From assembly GCA_012295275.1 (NCBI GenBank), contig CM022673.1, forward strand, positions 2,542,001 to 2,606,000: a stretch of DNA of 64,000 nucleotides, given 5' to 3'. The notes below the pieces were generated by a model that did no database searches, was not told the DNA's origin, and saw only the letters and a list, made by a program, of their open reading frames with translations. This document shows positions 24,569 to 38,179 of the stretch, piece by piece (positions within the stretch are counted from its first letter, which is position 1; every line of letters begins with the position of its first letter). The translations under genes were made by a program, and so were the position numbers. This DNA comes from Chrysomallon squamiferum. Its lineage: Eukaryota > Animalia > Mollusca.

Positions 24569-27500
24569 TGTTAAATTTAATGGAACCTTAGACCATTTTT
24601 ACCTTCTGAGGAATTCTAGTAGGTATAATTGTATTTTAAGAACATTACACATCAGTGAAATTCTTTTTCATTTTAGCTGACTGAAAATTGATTTCTTTTA
24701 ATGTAAGTGAAAAAAACATTGTTTTTTGCAGCAATTTGTTGTAATTTCATTTCTTCACTCCCAGGGCACTCGGAATTTTCCACACCACGAGAGAGTGGGG
24801 ACCAGTAATTATTTGAAACAGCAGTAGGTGATAAGACGACACTGCAGAATAACACTTGGGCAAAGAATGCAGGAAATTGATAGATGACAGGGAAAGAAGG
24901 GAAAGATCTGTGGAATTAAAGCTCAGAAATTCTTTTATTGTGGTGGCAAGCAGAGCTGAAAGAACACAGACTAATTGCATTTTCGTGTTCTGCTTGTTAA
25001 ATTTTGAAAAATTACATGCGCATACATTTATAATAATTATCAGACTTAGGTGGTCTGTTATGGATGTTGGTTTTTTTGTTGTTTTTCTGATAGTGCTAAA
25101 GGATGATCATAAATTCAGTTAAATGTCATGTAATACCAGATAAATTTAGCTAAATGTCATTTAATATCAGAATTAGGTTTTCTGTTAGTGAGATTCTGCA
25201 GTGCTTAAGGTTGAAGATGATTGAAATATCCTTTGAAGAGAACTTGCATGTGATATCAGTTATCTTGTAATGTCATACTTATGATTTTTGTTAGCATTGT
25301 TATAGATGTATATTTAATTCAGTGATTAGAACACTGGTCTGAGGTGAGAGAGATTGCAGGATCAGTCCTGCTGTGTAGGCCGATCAGGCTGTTTCCCACT
25401 GCAACCAGTATTCCACAAATGGTGTATTATTCTGATTATTAGTTCTTTACACTTATATAAAATATCCTGTTACTAGAACAGCAGCAGTTCTTTTTTTCAT
25501 TCATATCATTATCATACAAAGAAATAAACATAACTGTTTCATAGTTAACGAGACATTTGTAGAAAAATGTTGTAAATACTCAAATTTAAAAACAAGCAAA
25601 TGTAGTAATATTTCCATTGGAGATAAAAAGAGAGAGAGAGAGAAAGAATATGTTTGTATGTGTTTGTGTGTGTGTGTGTGTGTGTTTGAACATTTCTGCA
25701 TGCAAGCAATCAAAAATTCATTTCTGCTTCAACATTTTTGCATTTTCTACCAAGAAGTAATTGATGGGGCAAAATACTACAATGTTACTTCTTTTTATCT
25801 TTTTTTTTGTATAATCACAAATACTATTTGGTGTGTATTTATTCAGAGTATGTTTTACATGAGGGGAATGTTTTGCTGGCAAGCACCACATGTTCTGTAT
25901 ACCACTGAAATATCTGAAGTGACAGCAAAGGTAAAGCAATTACATTTCTGTCAAGAACAATATTGCCGTTCTGATATCTTTACAACTTATAGAGGTTGTT
26001 TTTGTGGGTTTTTTTCTGAAATAATTTAGTTTATAAGTTATCTCGTTATTACATGTAAATGTGTTTATTTTGTATATGTCTGTGTAAATGTCATACAGAC
26101 TTGAATAAATGGGTTGAGTGCCAATTGGTACTAATAAAATAAAACAATTGTGGCCAAGATGCAATAATAAGTGTGTGTGTGTGCGTATGTGCATGCGTGC
26201 ATGCATACATGCACAGATTTATAAATATATGAAACAACAACAACAAAACAAAAATCTTATTTATGTCACTAACAATAACAGAAGTTGAAGAAAGTAAAGT
26301 ATTTTGTGTATGATAAAGTAATAATTGATTTATGTATACAGGGAAAAAAAAATTGAAGTGGTTTTTTTTTGCACTGTATATTAATTTAATTTTTCTTCCA
26401 TACATATATAAACATTTTAATTTTTATATATCCTTAAAGCATTGAAATAGAATACTGGATGTATTAAGTAACTGTAATATTTGGTTTGTTTTCACAGTAG
26501 TCTGGAATCATCACCCACTGAGATGTATTTGTGTTCACACTGCACATGAACACTGAAATCCTCCTGAGATGTGTTTGTGTGTGTAACGTGTACAATGTAG
26601 CTGTACTTGTTGACAGCGCTGCATACTTGGCATTGTGTCTGTTAATTATCTGCTTCAGTAACATGCCAGTTAGGTAACTGACACATATCTGAATATCTTT
26701 CTTGACAGGGATATTTCATACTTAAACTGATAGATTACGACAAAACAACTAGTGCAGCTATGCAGATTGCTACTTGCAGATAACACTTGGTAGAGTTAAC
26801 ATGCTTTTGAGTAAATTATTTCCAGTCGTTTAGAAAGATTTTGATAATTTATAAAAAATAAAGAACAAAAAAAATTATCATACCGTTAAAATGTTTTCAA
26901 AATAAATACTTAGTCTTGTAAAAAAAAAAAAAAAAATTGTATTGTGGATTAAAATGTATTCAAAATAAATAATGTTTAATTTTTCACAGTATTTTTATTA
27001 AAAAAATAGAAATTTATTGGATTTACAATATTTTCATCATCATCATCATATTTTTCTTACTATTATTATTATTAGTAGTAGTATTTTGGTATTAGTACTG
27101 TGGTGATTTGGAGATAGTTGTATTATTATTATTATTAACATTTTCTTCATTTTAATTCAGTTGTAAAAGATACAGTTACATTACTCTTCCCTAAAACATT
27201 CCTAAATGTTTTCAAAGACCTGGAATACCACCTGCTTTATTGTTTATAATGACCAACTGTTAATTAATTTTGTTGTTGTTGTTTTTTTCACTGCAAGCTT
27301 TCTGAAGACAGATACATATCCTTACTTAACACCAGACTGAGCTAGTCTTGCTCTGTGAGGGCAGAGCGTCACTGTGTTCCTCTAGATAATGTGTTACCAC
27401 CCTGACTTGATTTACTGCAGACAGCATGCCAACTGTTAATAGTGGTATAGGTCAAATAGCACACCTTTCACAGGTGTTTCTTTATTGGTGTCACATGCCA

Positions 27501-29604
27501 GGAAATTGCAACAACAAACCACTTTATTGGCCACCTGCGTAAAGTTACACTTTTTTACTGGCTCACGTGCATGCTATTTTCATTAAGAGCTTTAGAAAGT
27601 GAATTTGAAAATGAAAGATAAAAAATTTAATTATGTGGGTGTTTTTTTTTTTTTTATGGTTTTCCTTAGATGTTGTGTTGTTAAAAATGTAATATCAGTA
27701 TTAATTAAAAAGTACAAGCAGCGAATGGTATGTTCAAGTAAAAATATGTTCTGGGTTTTGTTTCTAAGTATTCTGAAACACTTGAATTAATGTAAGCTAA
27801 ATCTGGTCTGTATTTCAGCAAGAATTAAAGAATTATTCTGTATTCCTCTAATTTTAATCAGTAAAATTTTTATTATTTCTGTATCTATTTCGTAGGCCTT
27901 CCTATACAGCATGTGTTTTCATAGCATGTTAAGAAAAATATTGTTCTGATGTAGATTGCATGCTGACATGTGTGTTTTCATGATTGTTGATTCTGAAATA
28001 CTTTTTGCAATTCTTTAGCAATATCTTTGAAATGGTGTTGGAGAGTTACTTGATGTCTGATGCAACATTTGCCCAGGAACCTGTATAGAAATATCCCATG
28101 ATATTCAAAACACCTTTTTGTTTTGGCATTTTGAGAACAGTTAATTCTTATTTATTCTCTTTAATGGTAGGGATTACATACTGAAAGAAGACAACTAGGG
28201 CTTGTTACCAGTGTTACAAAGTGTTTTTGTATGCCCAGAAGTTTTACAGTGTTACATTTTCATGTAGGGTATGTTCTAAAATGAGGCTTAAATACTTCAA
28301 AACCAAGAGTAAAATAAAAGCCAGATGTACTCAAAGAATGTAAGATAGATCTACCAAGATGAACAAACTGGGATATCTTCCAAATCAACCTGTGCCATTC
28401 AATTAACACATCAAAATATATTCATTATTTTTATTGGAAAAATGCCCTTAAAGGATCCCCTGCTGCTGAATGATAGGAGTAACACATCTTGGGATGGCAC
28501 AGGTGTTTCCTTTAGACTAGAGTCCAAATCACTGAAGAAGGAAAAAATAATACAAAATCACAGCTGACCCTAAAAAGGTTAATACTATTTGCGGAGTGTC
28601 ACTGAACTCATTTTTGTTTTCCATCAAAAATCTGATCCCCAAATAAGACCCATTCTGTTTAAGTGTAAAAGTTAGAGCAATGCTACTTGTAACAGACCAA
28701 TGGACAGCAAGACAAGACTAAACATTTGAACTGTACTGACATCCAATAATGATTCAAACAAAGTTCTTGACCTTGTCAAGATTTTGCCAAAGACTTGCAA
28801 GATGTAAGGCTAGTGGGTTGTAGACTGGCTATAAACAATATTATTATTGATAACTGCATTGGCATTTCAAAACCTCAATATTGAATATGTATTGTTTATT
28901 ACCCTCCCATAATACTTTCCTAAGTCTTTTCAAAGTCCTGTTCTTCAGACTGTTGCTATGCAGGTGTTTCACTGACCACTAAATGCTTCATGAACAAATC
29001 TAAAATAAAATGTTCAGACCATCAGCAGTTTGGTAAAATTTTTATATTAAAGATGTATATATGCATTCATTAAAATTATAACTGATGAAAATATCAACAT
29101 GATTATTTAAGATTTACTGATTTTCTACTTATTTATTAATGTTTATCTTTCCATTACATTTGTAATAAAAATAATATACTTTCATATTAAAAAAAGATAA
29201 TTATCTATTAATTAATAAAACGTTATATTAAATTTGCCGTAAGATTTACACATCCCAGTTATCTGACACATGATGTATAAACACTGTATGTAGCCCTGAC
29301 AGGTTGTGTAACAGTACTGATTGTTGTATTTATTGCTGGATTATGTTTTTAAGGTGTGCTGCCAACCTGTCCTGGTGATGATATAACATGTGACAACGGC
29401 CGCTGTGTCAAGAAAGACTGGCTGTGTGACTCTGATAACGACTGTGGAGATGACAGTGATGAACTAGGATGTCGTAAGTTGAATATTTCTTGTTCAGGTG
29501 TGGTTCTTGTGTTCATGAATTATTGCTTTCGCAATATATTTATCCATCTATTACTACCATATGTCTGTGTGTGCATCATCCATTAACACCATTTGCACAT
29601 ACAT

Positions 29605-29640
<36 letters not shown>

Positions 29641-32600
29641 AGTTCCAGTTAGGACTGAAAATAATTTTAATAGTTAAAGACTTTTTTTTAGTATAGACTA
29701 ATCTGAAAATTAGTAAACTGACTTTCATTATTAATATATAAAAGTTCTTATTTCACTGCCGTACAGTGTCTGACATGTGTGTTTATTATTCAGTTCCATA
29801 AAATTTCAGTTGTTACTGTTACATTTTCTTTTATTACTAGATAGCACTTTTGAACCTTGATGGATAACCTCTAATACCTTTATCTACCATTGTAAAATCT
29901 TTTATATCTCTCGTGAACGGCTGTGAACATTCCAGTTTTATGCTTTTCTCACCCTACTCTTGTACAGCTTATATAATGCTTCTGGCACTGACAGCTTAAT
30001 ACCCTGGTGTATAAATACATCAACATTGCTGTTTATTTATCTCCCTACTTCTGATAGTAATTCTTCAGAAGATTTGTTTTACTTTTTCTTTTTCTTTTCT
30101 TTTTTCATTGATCCTACAGCACTTGTTTTCTTTATATCTATTACTTTTATATAACCATTGATTTTTTTTTTTTTTGATTTTTTTTTTATTAATCTTATAC
30201 TAAAGAAAAATAAACCTACATGCATATATTTTATACACACAGACACACACAAGCACACACACATATGCATATGTGTATGTGCAATCTAAATTTTAATTTT
30301 ATTTTCTGTGTACTCATATCTTTTACTAAGTATAATTTAAAAATAATTATTAACGATTGTTTTTTTACCCTTCTCTGTCCACACAAGGTGACAAAAATGT
30401 GTGTATTTTTGTTTTTTTGTTATTATTATTTTTTATTTGTTAGGCCACTAAGCCTAACAACAGTCTAGGGGGGGGGGGTGTTGGCATTGAACTTTACACT
30501 CAAACTCATTATGAAGGAGGTTAATCTGCCATGACATTGTGTAATGCAGTTTGTATAGTGATGTCACCATGGTACTGACAGGTGATTGGCACTCGGGTCT
30601 CTGGCAGTGCGACCCCTCACTGTTCTCCTGACAGCTGGCTTCGGGTTTAGATGTGTGTTTACGGTTCATCGAAAACCCTGTATGTTAACTGGTTATGGTC
30701 AGTGGTTCCTGGTAAACACACTGAATTAACAGCGAATGATTTGTGAAGAGTCTCTTTTACATGCTTTCTATGCCTGTCCTTAAGTCCAGTTATTTATGCA
30801 TTTCTTCGCACTACAGATATGTGATAGCTAAATATTTACTTTCCAATGGATAACTTGTGTTTGACAATGTGCTTTAAGTGTGGACACTTAATCTCAATTT
30901 TGTTTACAGGCTTTCATTCTTCTTCTTATTATTATTATTATTATTATTTATTTATTTATTTTTTTTTGTAGTTGTTGTTTTAATATTATTTCATTTGACT
31001 TTTTTTAAATGTCTTAATTGGCTTTATATTTTTTTTATAGATTATTTGTTATTTGTCCTTAGCTTAAAAATAGATGACCTTGATATACATACATATTTTA
31101 TATATGTTTATGTTTACTTGTGCCATGACAGTTAATTTTTAATATCTTTAGATAAATTGTTTAAAAGAGTCAGAATGTCTATAGCTTTCCATTCAAGCAT
31201 GCATTCATAAAATATTTTTCAAATGAATTATTTGCCTTTATAATCCAGACTCCTTTATGAAAATTATGATTGCTACAATCAAGAATATGTTCAAGCATGA
31301 CTATTTGATAAGAGTTTCATACTGGTAGAAATTATCTGTGAGGATATTCATCTGTGATGGATCTGTTATATAATTCCACAGATACGTAAATAAACAGATA
31401 TGTGCTTTCAGAATGACCTTATGAATTTGTATACATACAAAAGTAGACACATACATACATACATTCATACATAATACAGACATAAGACACACACACACAA
31501 TCAGTTGGCTATATGGATATTGAAAGAAATCTCAGGAAAACTAATTTGCCGTCATCACAAGACATCACATTGGGAAACAACTTAACACAAACCAATCACA
31601 GAGTGGACACACACAGAGAGAGATGTATATTCTGTAGTCTTAGATATTGATCATGGTCAATTCCCTCTTGTCAATGATGGATGGACATTGCAGATAATTG
31701 GATCAGCAGGAAAAACAGATGTTCAGCACAGAATAAAAACATATCCTGATTGATCTTTCAGACAGAAATCACTATAAAAAAAAAAAAAAACCACCAAAAA
31801 AATAGTCTTCTGTTTATATTGCTTAATAAAAGTTCGCTTCCTCATTTTTTTTTTTTTTTTCAAAGAGGAACTGGTAGCTGTGATATAAATAACCTTACTT
31901 GAGTGTGAGTGAGTGGTGATAGTGTTCAGTTTGATGTGTGACTGGTATGTATAGGTATCATTCTGTGTATGTTTCAGTATGGATAGTACATTTATGATAT
32001 GTGTATATGAGAGAGAAACTGTGAGAATATGTGTGTATGTATAACTGTATGAAGATGTTTATGTCAGAAAGTTGTATTGTAACATAAATAATTTCATGTG
32101 ATAGGAGTAAAGAAGGAAAAAGTATTTTTATTTTATGACACTGATCAGTTAGATGGTGATTATATATATATATATATATATATATATAATGACACAGAGA
32201 TGATGCCATTATCCAGTAAACTAATATATTTTTCTTTAATTAGCAACATGTCATCTTTTATTTGCACCTTCCCATAGAATTGAATTCTATATTAGTCATG
32301 GTGCAGTGGTTGGAACATGAGATAAGATAAAGGGAACGTTAAGAAAGATTGATCTTGTCACCAAATACACATCAGATTTAAACCCTGCTTCTGAGCTGCT
32401 GCATGTTCCAAATAATTAGTTAAAAAAAAAAAATAAAAAAAAATTATTTCTATGTTTTATCGTTCCTTTCATAAATCAATAACCAGAATTATCTTGTTAG
32501 TATTAAATGTGTTTCAGAAACAAGAAACTGTAACATGGCTATTAAAATGCCAACTTTCATTTTTTAATGGTTTTTAAATGGCAAAAAAAAAAAAAAAAAA

Positions 32601-35369
32601 AAATTGCATATAAAAATAAAAATTAATCTACTGGATTTAAAAGTTTATTTATTAATTTATTTATTTATTTTATTTTATTTTTTTATTATTATTATATTTA
32701 TTTTGCTGTAAAAGTGGCAGCAGGCAGTTTCAAATAATGTTTGAAAATATTGATTTCTTTTAAGTGCATTTCAATTTCTTGAATTTTATCATGTGAAAAA
32801 GAATTCTTCTTCAATGAGAGAAGTAAAAAACAGAATGCAGCAAAATACAAGAGAAAAAGGAATTTTGGGTTTCAAAAACTGTACAGCTGACAAATTATCT
32901 CACAGTGTTACTAACTTAATTCCTTAAGCTACTGTTTGGTTGGTTGGTTCAGATAACACATTAGTGATATTTTAAAGAGGCCAAAATCATCAGAAAACTA
33001 ATAAGTTTAATTAGTTTTCACTTTATGTTTTACTGTGAGTCACTTTCCAGTTGATTAAACTGCAGTCAATGGAGAGCTTGTCTGGTTTCCTATTTCCAGT
33101 TTTACCCAGCATTGTTTTCGTGTTGTCTCTGCAAAAGTGCACACTTAAATGCTATTAACTAAATATCTTAATATGTTAAAATAGTAGTGTGAACGTACAG
33201 ATATATCAGAGACAAACAGAGAGATATAAACCAGTTTTATTGAAATTAAAGCAGTCATTTATCAAATTTATGTATGTATGTATGTATGTATGTATGTGTA
33301 TATAATATAATGATTTAAAAAGAAATATATTTTGATGATTTAAAAAAAAAAAATTTAAAAACAAATTGTGTTTTGTTATTCGCTGTATTTAAGAAGGAGC
33401 AGCAAATAAAAAATAACAAACCCAAATATCTGTTTCTTTTAAAAGATGTTGTTTTTCTGTTTAAATAATTTTTCATGGTAAACCATATGCAGAAAGAATG
33501 CAGCCCTTTCAAGATCTCACTTTCTAGAAAATGTCATAACCAAAGCACCTTTGAAAAAAGTCACAGATACTCTTCAGCATTGTATGGCAACATATTTATG
33601 GAATGTTTGTTCAGGAAAAAGTATACCAGCTATGTGTGACTGCCAGCGAAACATGATCAAAATTGCTCCCAAGTAAATAAACCAGCTTATAACAAAAGAG
33701 GCCAAGCAGATCAGGTTCAGTGAGTTACAGGTGCATGCAGTGTAATGGAACCAAACAATTCATCTCTTAAATAAAACAACCCCACACAAACACATAATAT
33801 GACATTTATGAAGAAAGGAGAGAAGAAATGTCCTGTTTAACAATGCAGTCAGTACACTTTTAGTCTCTGGTTAAGGAACGTTCAGATAATTAGAGAAGAA
33901 ACCTGTTTCTGTGGATATGTGTATGGGTAATTTTTGGCTCTCTTCCATCACAGAATTGTTCAAGCTCATCTACTGAGAGGACAACCTCTGACTTCACTGG
34001 AGAGTTCTCTTTTAGTCAGATCTTTTCAAACTGACAGCAGGGGGCTTTAAATTCCCCTTCGTTTAAACAGTAAAGAATAAATATGGGCTCATGTAAACTG
34101 TTTATGGAGCCCTGATTGTAAAGGATTTTATTTAATAAGCACATTGAGGATGATTGATCCTGTAACCATTGTTCCACAGTCCACTGCTCATACCATTAAG
34201 CCACAACCACCCATATGATATTTGTAATCCATGTCTACCTAGACATAGTCATAACAGTGGTTTAAACCATTGGTCTTAAGACTAACAAGTAATTGATTTG
34301 AAACTGGAGGTACTTGGTTTGAGTGATTTAAAACTGAAGGTACTTGGTTTGAGTGATTTAAAACTGAAGGTACTTGGTTTGAGTGATTTGAAACTGAAGG
34401 TACTTGGTTTGAATGGTTTGAAACTGAAGGTACTGGGTTTGAGTGGTTTGAAACTGAAGGTACTTTGTTTAGTGATTTGAAACTGAAGGTACTGGGTTTG
34501 AGTGATTGGAAACTGAAGGTACTGGATTAGAGTGATTGGAAACTGAAGGTGCTGGGTTTGAAACTAAAGGTACAGGATTTGAGACTAAAGTTACTGGTTT
34601 GGAGACGAAGGTATTGCTTTGACACTAAAGTTAATGGATTTGAGACAAAAAATACTGGGTTTGAAACAAAAAGAAAAACATTTTGTGACCTGGTACTAGC
34701 TTCCCATCTAAGGCTAGAAACAGCCACTATGGTCAACATTCTAAACAGTAAAAATGCTGGTGGGGTTAACAGAGCATTGTCCAGCAATAGATACAACCTG
34801 TTTCTGATTTAAAGAACTTCTGGGCATTAAATATAAAGACTTTCTTCCAACAGAATAATAGCAACTAATTTGGCTAATTAAGATTTAATGAATTAGGACC
34901 TTACACTATTTCTAACTAATCCTTTAACATATCAAGCTCTTTCCTTGATCATTTATTATTCTAAGTTATAACAGCGATAATACTGTCCTGTCCTTATTGT
35001 ATAGATACACTGTTACAAAAACTTCTGTTATAATAAAAAACAAAAAACAATGTCTAGAAAAAAATACACTAAGGTACCATTTGACCAATGCATGCATTTA
35101 ACAAAATTTTCCGTTGAGCTGTTTCAAGTCTTTAGAATTTAGAGCCAGTGGTATAAAGAATACAATTATCATTTATTTTAGAAGGGAGCTACAGAGAAAG
35201 TGAGAAGTCTTCATACATGCCTATTTAATATCTGAAAGTAGTAGTTACTAAGTAATTAAAAATTTCAAAAATTGATACTGTTCATTTAATTCAACAGAAT
35301 AATTATTTTGTTTAATAACAAAATCTTTCTTTATATATGTAACAAGCTACGTTTGTTTGTGTGTGTGTG

Positions 35370-35407
<38 letters not shown>

Positions 35408-38140
35408 AGTGTACTGTTGTGTGTTTGTCTGTGTATCACAATACAATGGATGCATTTGATTTTTTATTTATTCATTTATTTATTTTAATTATTTTATTTT
35501 ATTTTATTTTTTTCCAACATCATTCTTCTACAAAATCAGCACATTTAACTTCGTTAACTCTTTTTCCAATACGAAAAGTCAAAGAAGCCCGATCAAAGAC
35601 ATTTTTAAGTGATTTGCAATTTAGCCTTTTTCCCTGCCTGACAGACTTTTCAAGAGCAGACAAAAGTAACACATTGCTTTTTCCTTAAGGTCAGTAATTG
35701 GTTTACTGAGTTATGTTGGGTGAAAGTACACCAGCCATAAGTAATTTAATTTAAAGAAATCGTCTGGGTGCATAGATTGCCTTTTTCAGTGGTTTTTATG
35801 TTTTTTTTCTCTGTTGAACAAGACATAATGCAAAAATCACAGTAGGGATGGAGTCATATGGGCGTATTTTTATGGTGTTAAAATGTGTCCTGTGAACCAT
35901 TCACAGTTGTAAAGTTACATGTAGCTGACAGGACTTAGTTTAAAAAAGATATCTTAAAAGTAATTTTTTTTTAAATTTGTTTTACATTTTTCATTTAAGT
36001 ACATTATACCATTGTGGTGCTCATAATTAGAGTATTGTTTTAAATGTAAATTATGGTTTAAATAAAGATTTAATTTTGAAATATTTTTGAAATTATTATT
36101 TTTGTTGTTGCTGTGGATTTAAGTTACTGGTTTGGATGAGAGTAATGCTTGCCTTGCTTGAGTTACTGAAATATTAAAGAATGGTTCTCACCAAAAACAA
36201 ACCAACATCTCTTTCAGTTTTAAATCACAGTAACACTCACCTTTAAAATTCTGTTGCAACATCATAAATGACAATTGTTTTTCTCTTTTCATAAAAATAT
36301 TAAATAAAATGAAAAAAGTTTGTAAAGATAGAAAGATTTTTATTTACACATCTGTATAGAAATAATATGAGACTTTATTAAAAGGTTCTGGACAAAATAC
36401 AATTAAATATTCCATTTAAAAGCTTTTTAAAAATTTGTTATTATTATTATTTTTTATTTTTTATTTTGACCTCATATTAGTTGACAGAAATGTAAGTGGA
36501 AACAGTAGGCAGTTCAAAATTTGCCTTAGGTAGCATGATCTTGAATTTCATGGTCTAAGTTCCCCCACTTCAATCTTCATTCTATGATTTTCATCTGAAA
36601 AACCATGATGTATGTTTTCCTGCCCAGAGGAAAGTGCTGATAAAAGCTTTATTGTTGGTAACTGCCAGCGTTATCCCTGTGAGTGGCGAAACAACTGTTC
36701 TGTCTGGTATTTGAGAAACTCAATTACCAAATATTGAGACATCCTAACAGCCACTGAATACAGTGTGTCATGTTTTTGATGTTCAGTTAAACACTGTTAT
36801 ATACAGAAACCCAGAGTAAATGTGTACACAGATGAGATGTTTTAACAACGTCTGCAGTGTAACGTAAATGTCATTTTCAAGTAGTACAAATAATATGAAA
36901 AGTTGGCAGATTTTGAATGCTGGAGTTCCACTTTGGATGTTATAATCCAAATTTTAAATAACACGTTTAATATTTTAGATATATATATATATATATACAC
37001 ACACACACGTATATATATATATTTGTTTACTTTCTCATTGCTTATGTTTTCACTTTCAATGAAACTGAGAAAATTATTTTCATTTAAAAAAAAAAAAAAA
37101 AAAAACCAAAAAATATCTTTGGATAACATTGGTCATTATTTTTTCTTCTTAAAAATAACCTCTCAAATGTTCAAAGAACCATTGAAAAAAAAAAATACTG
37201 ACAAAATTGCTTTATTTAATTGTTTTTTTGGTACTTCAGTTATCACCCGAGATACCTGAGTGATGTGTTTATGATTTTAAAACTGTTTATGACCACACTT
37301 CACAAATGATTAGTTCTAAACCCAGATACCTCAGTGATGTGTTAATGCTGTTGAACTGTTTATGATCACACTTGGCAAGTGGTTAGCTGATCAGGTTCAA
37401 ACCTAGATATTCTAAATGATGTGTTTATGATTTTAAGCTTAAGTTGATTATGGACATGCTTCACAAGTGGGAATTGCTCATAAATTAGTAGTCACTGTCA
37501 GTAGTATGGTGATTCACTCTTCATGTGTTAATAGTATTCTAGCAAAAACCAAGGCCAAAGCTGTAATGAAATGGAAAAGAAATATTGTAATTTACTTTGT
37601 CTTTGTTCTCAGTGAAATGTTTATTTGGTGCATGTTTACATGAAGGTTGATGCATATTTGACGTGGGCAAACTCGAATCCCAGCAAACATGTACAAGACT
37701 GAAAAAGTGTTGGTTGTTGGCAAGATGTGTTTGACATGAAATAATACGTCTTACCTTTTTGTTTTTAGAGTAACAAAATATCTTCCCATCTGTTTTCGTT
37801 TAATGGAATTGAAAAAAACAGGACAGAAAAATGTAAATTGTGTGATATCGGTAACAGTTGGAATAAATGAATCTAAATTTTTTTTTTTTTTTTTCTTTTC
37901 ATAATTGAAATGATAATAGTGTTTGGGAAATTAATGTAAAACAGACTGTCGTAATTTCAAAAAACTGTTATTTTCAATTCCTCAAATAGAAAGATTTAAA
38001 AAAAAAAAAAAAAAAAAAAAAATTTAATTAATTAGAAGAAAAAAACATCATGGTAAGAATGTATAATTTGAAATATTGTTAACTATTCTGTCACTTCACA
38101 TTGTTTTTGTATTTTGAATAAAAAATAAATAATCTACTTT

Positions 38141-38179
<39 letters not shown>

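Noticed and set aside
30591-30616. Iron-responsive-element-like CAGTGC loop
   Set aside because: The flanks do not form the required 5-bp upper stem, and the site is intronic.
34294-34560. Possible CRISPR array (also considered for 48045-48628)
   Set aside because: The units are contiguous tandem repeats without unique spacers, in a eukaryotic intron, with no cas genes.
34298-34812. ORF with [10 protein letters not shown] repeats resembling a leucine-rich repeat protein
   Set aside because: It is a by-product of a 30-bp minisatellite, with no splice context or domain flanks.
5917-37259. Numerous 60-125 aa ORFs in the large introns as nested genes
   Set aside because: They are low-complexity F/L/I/K/Y or VC/TH-repeat translations of AT-rich and microsatellite DNA, with no domains or coherent exon chains.
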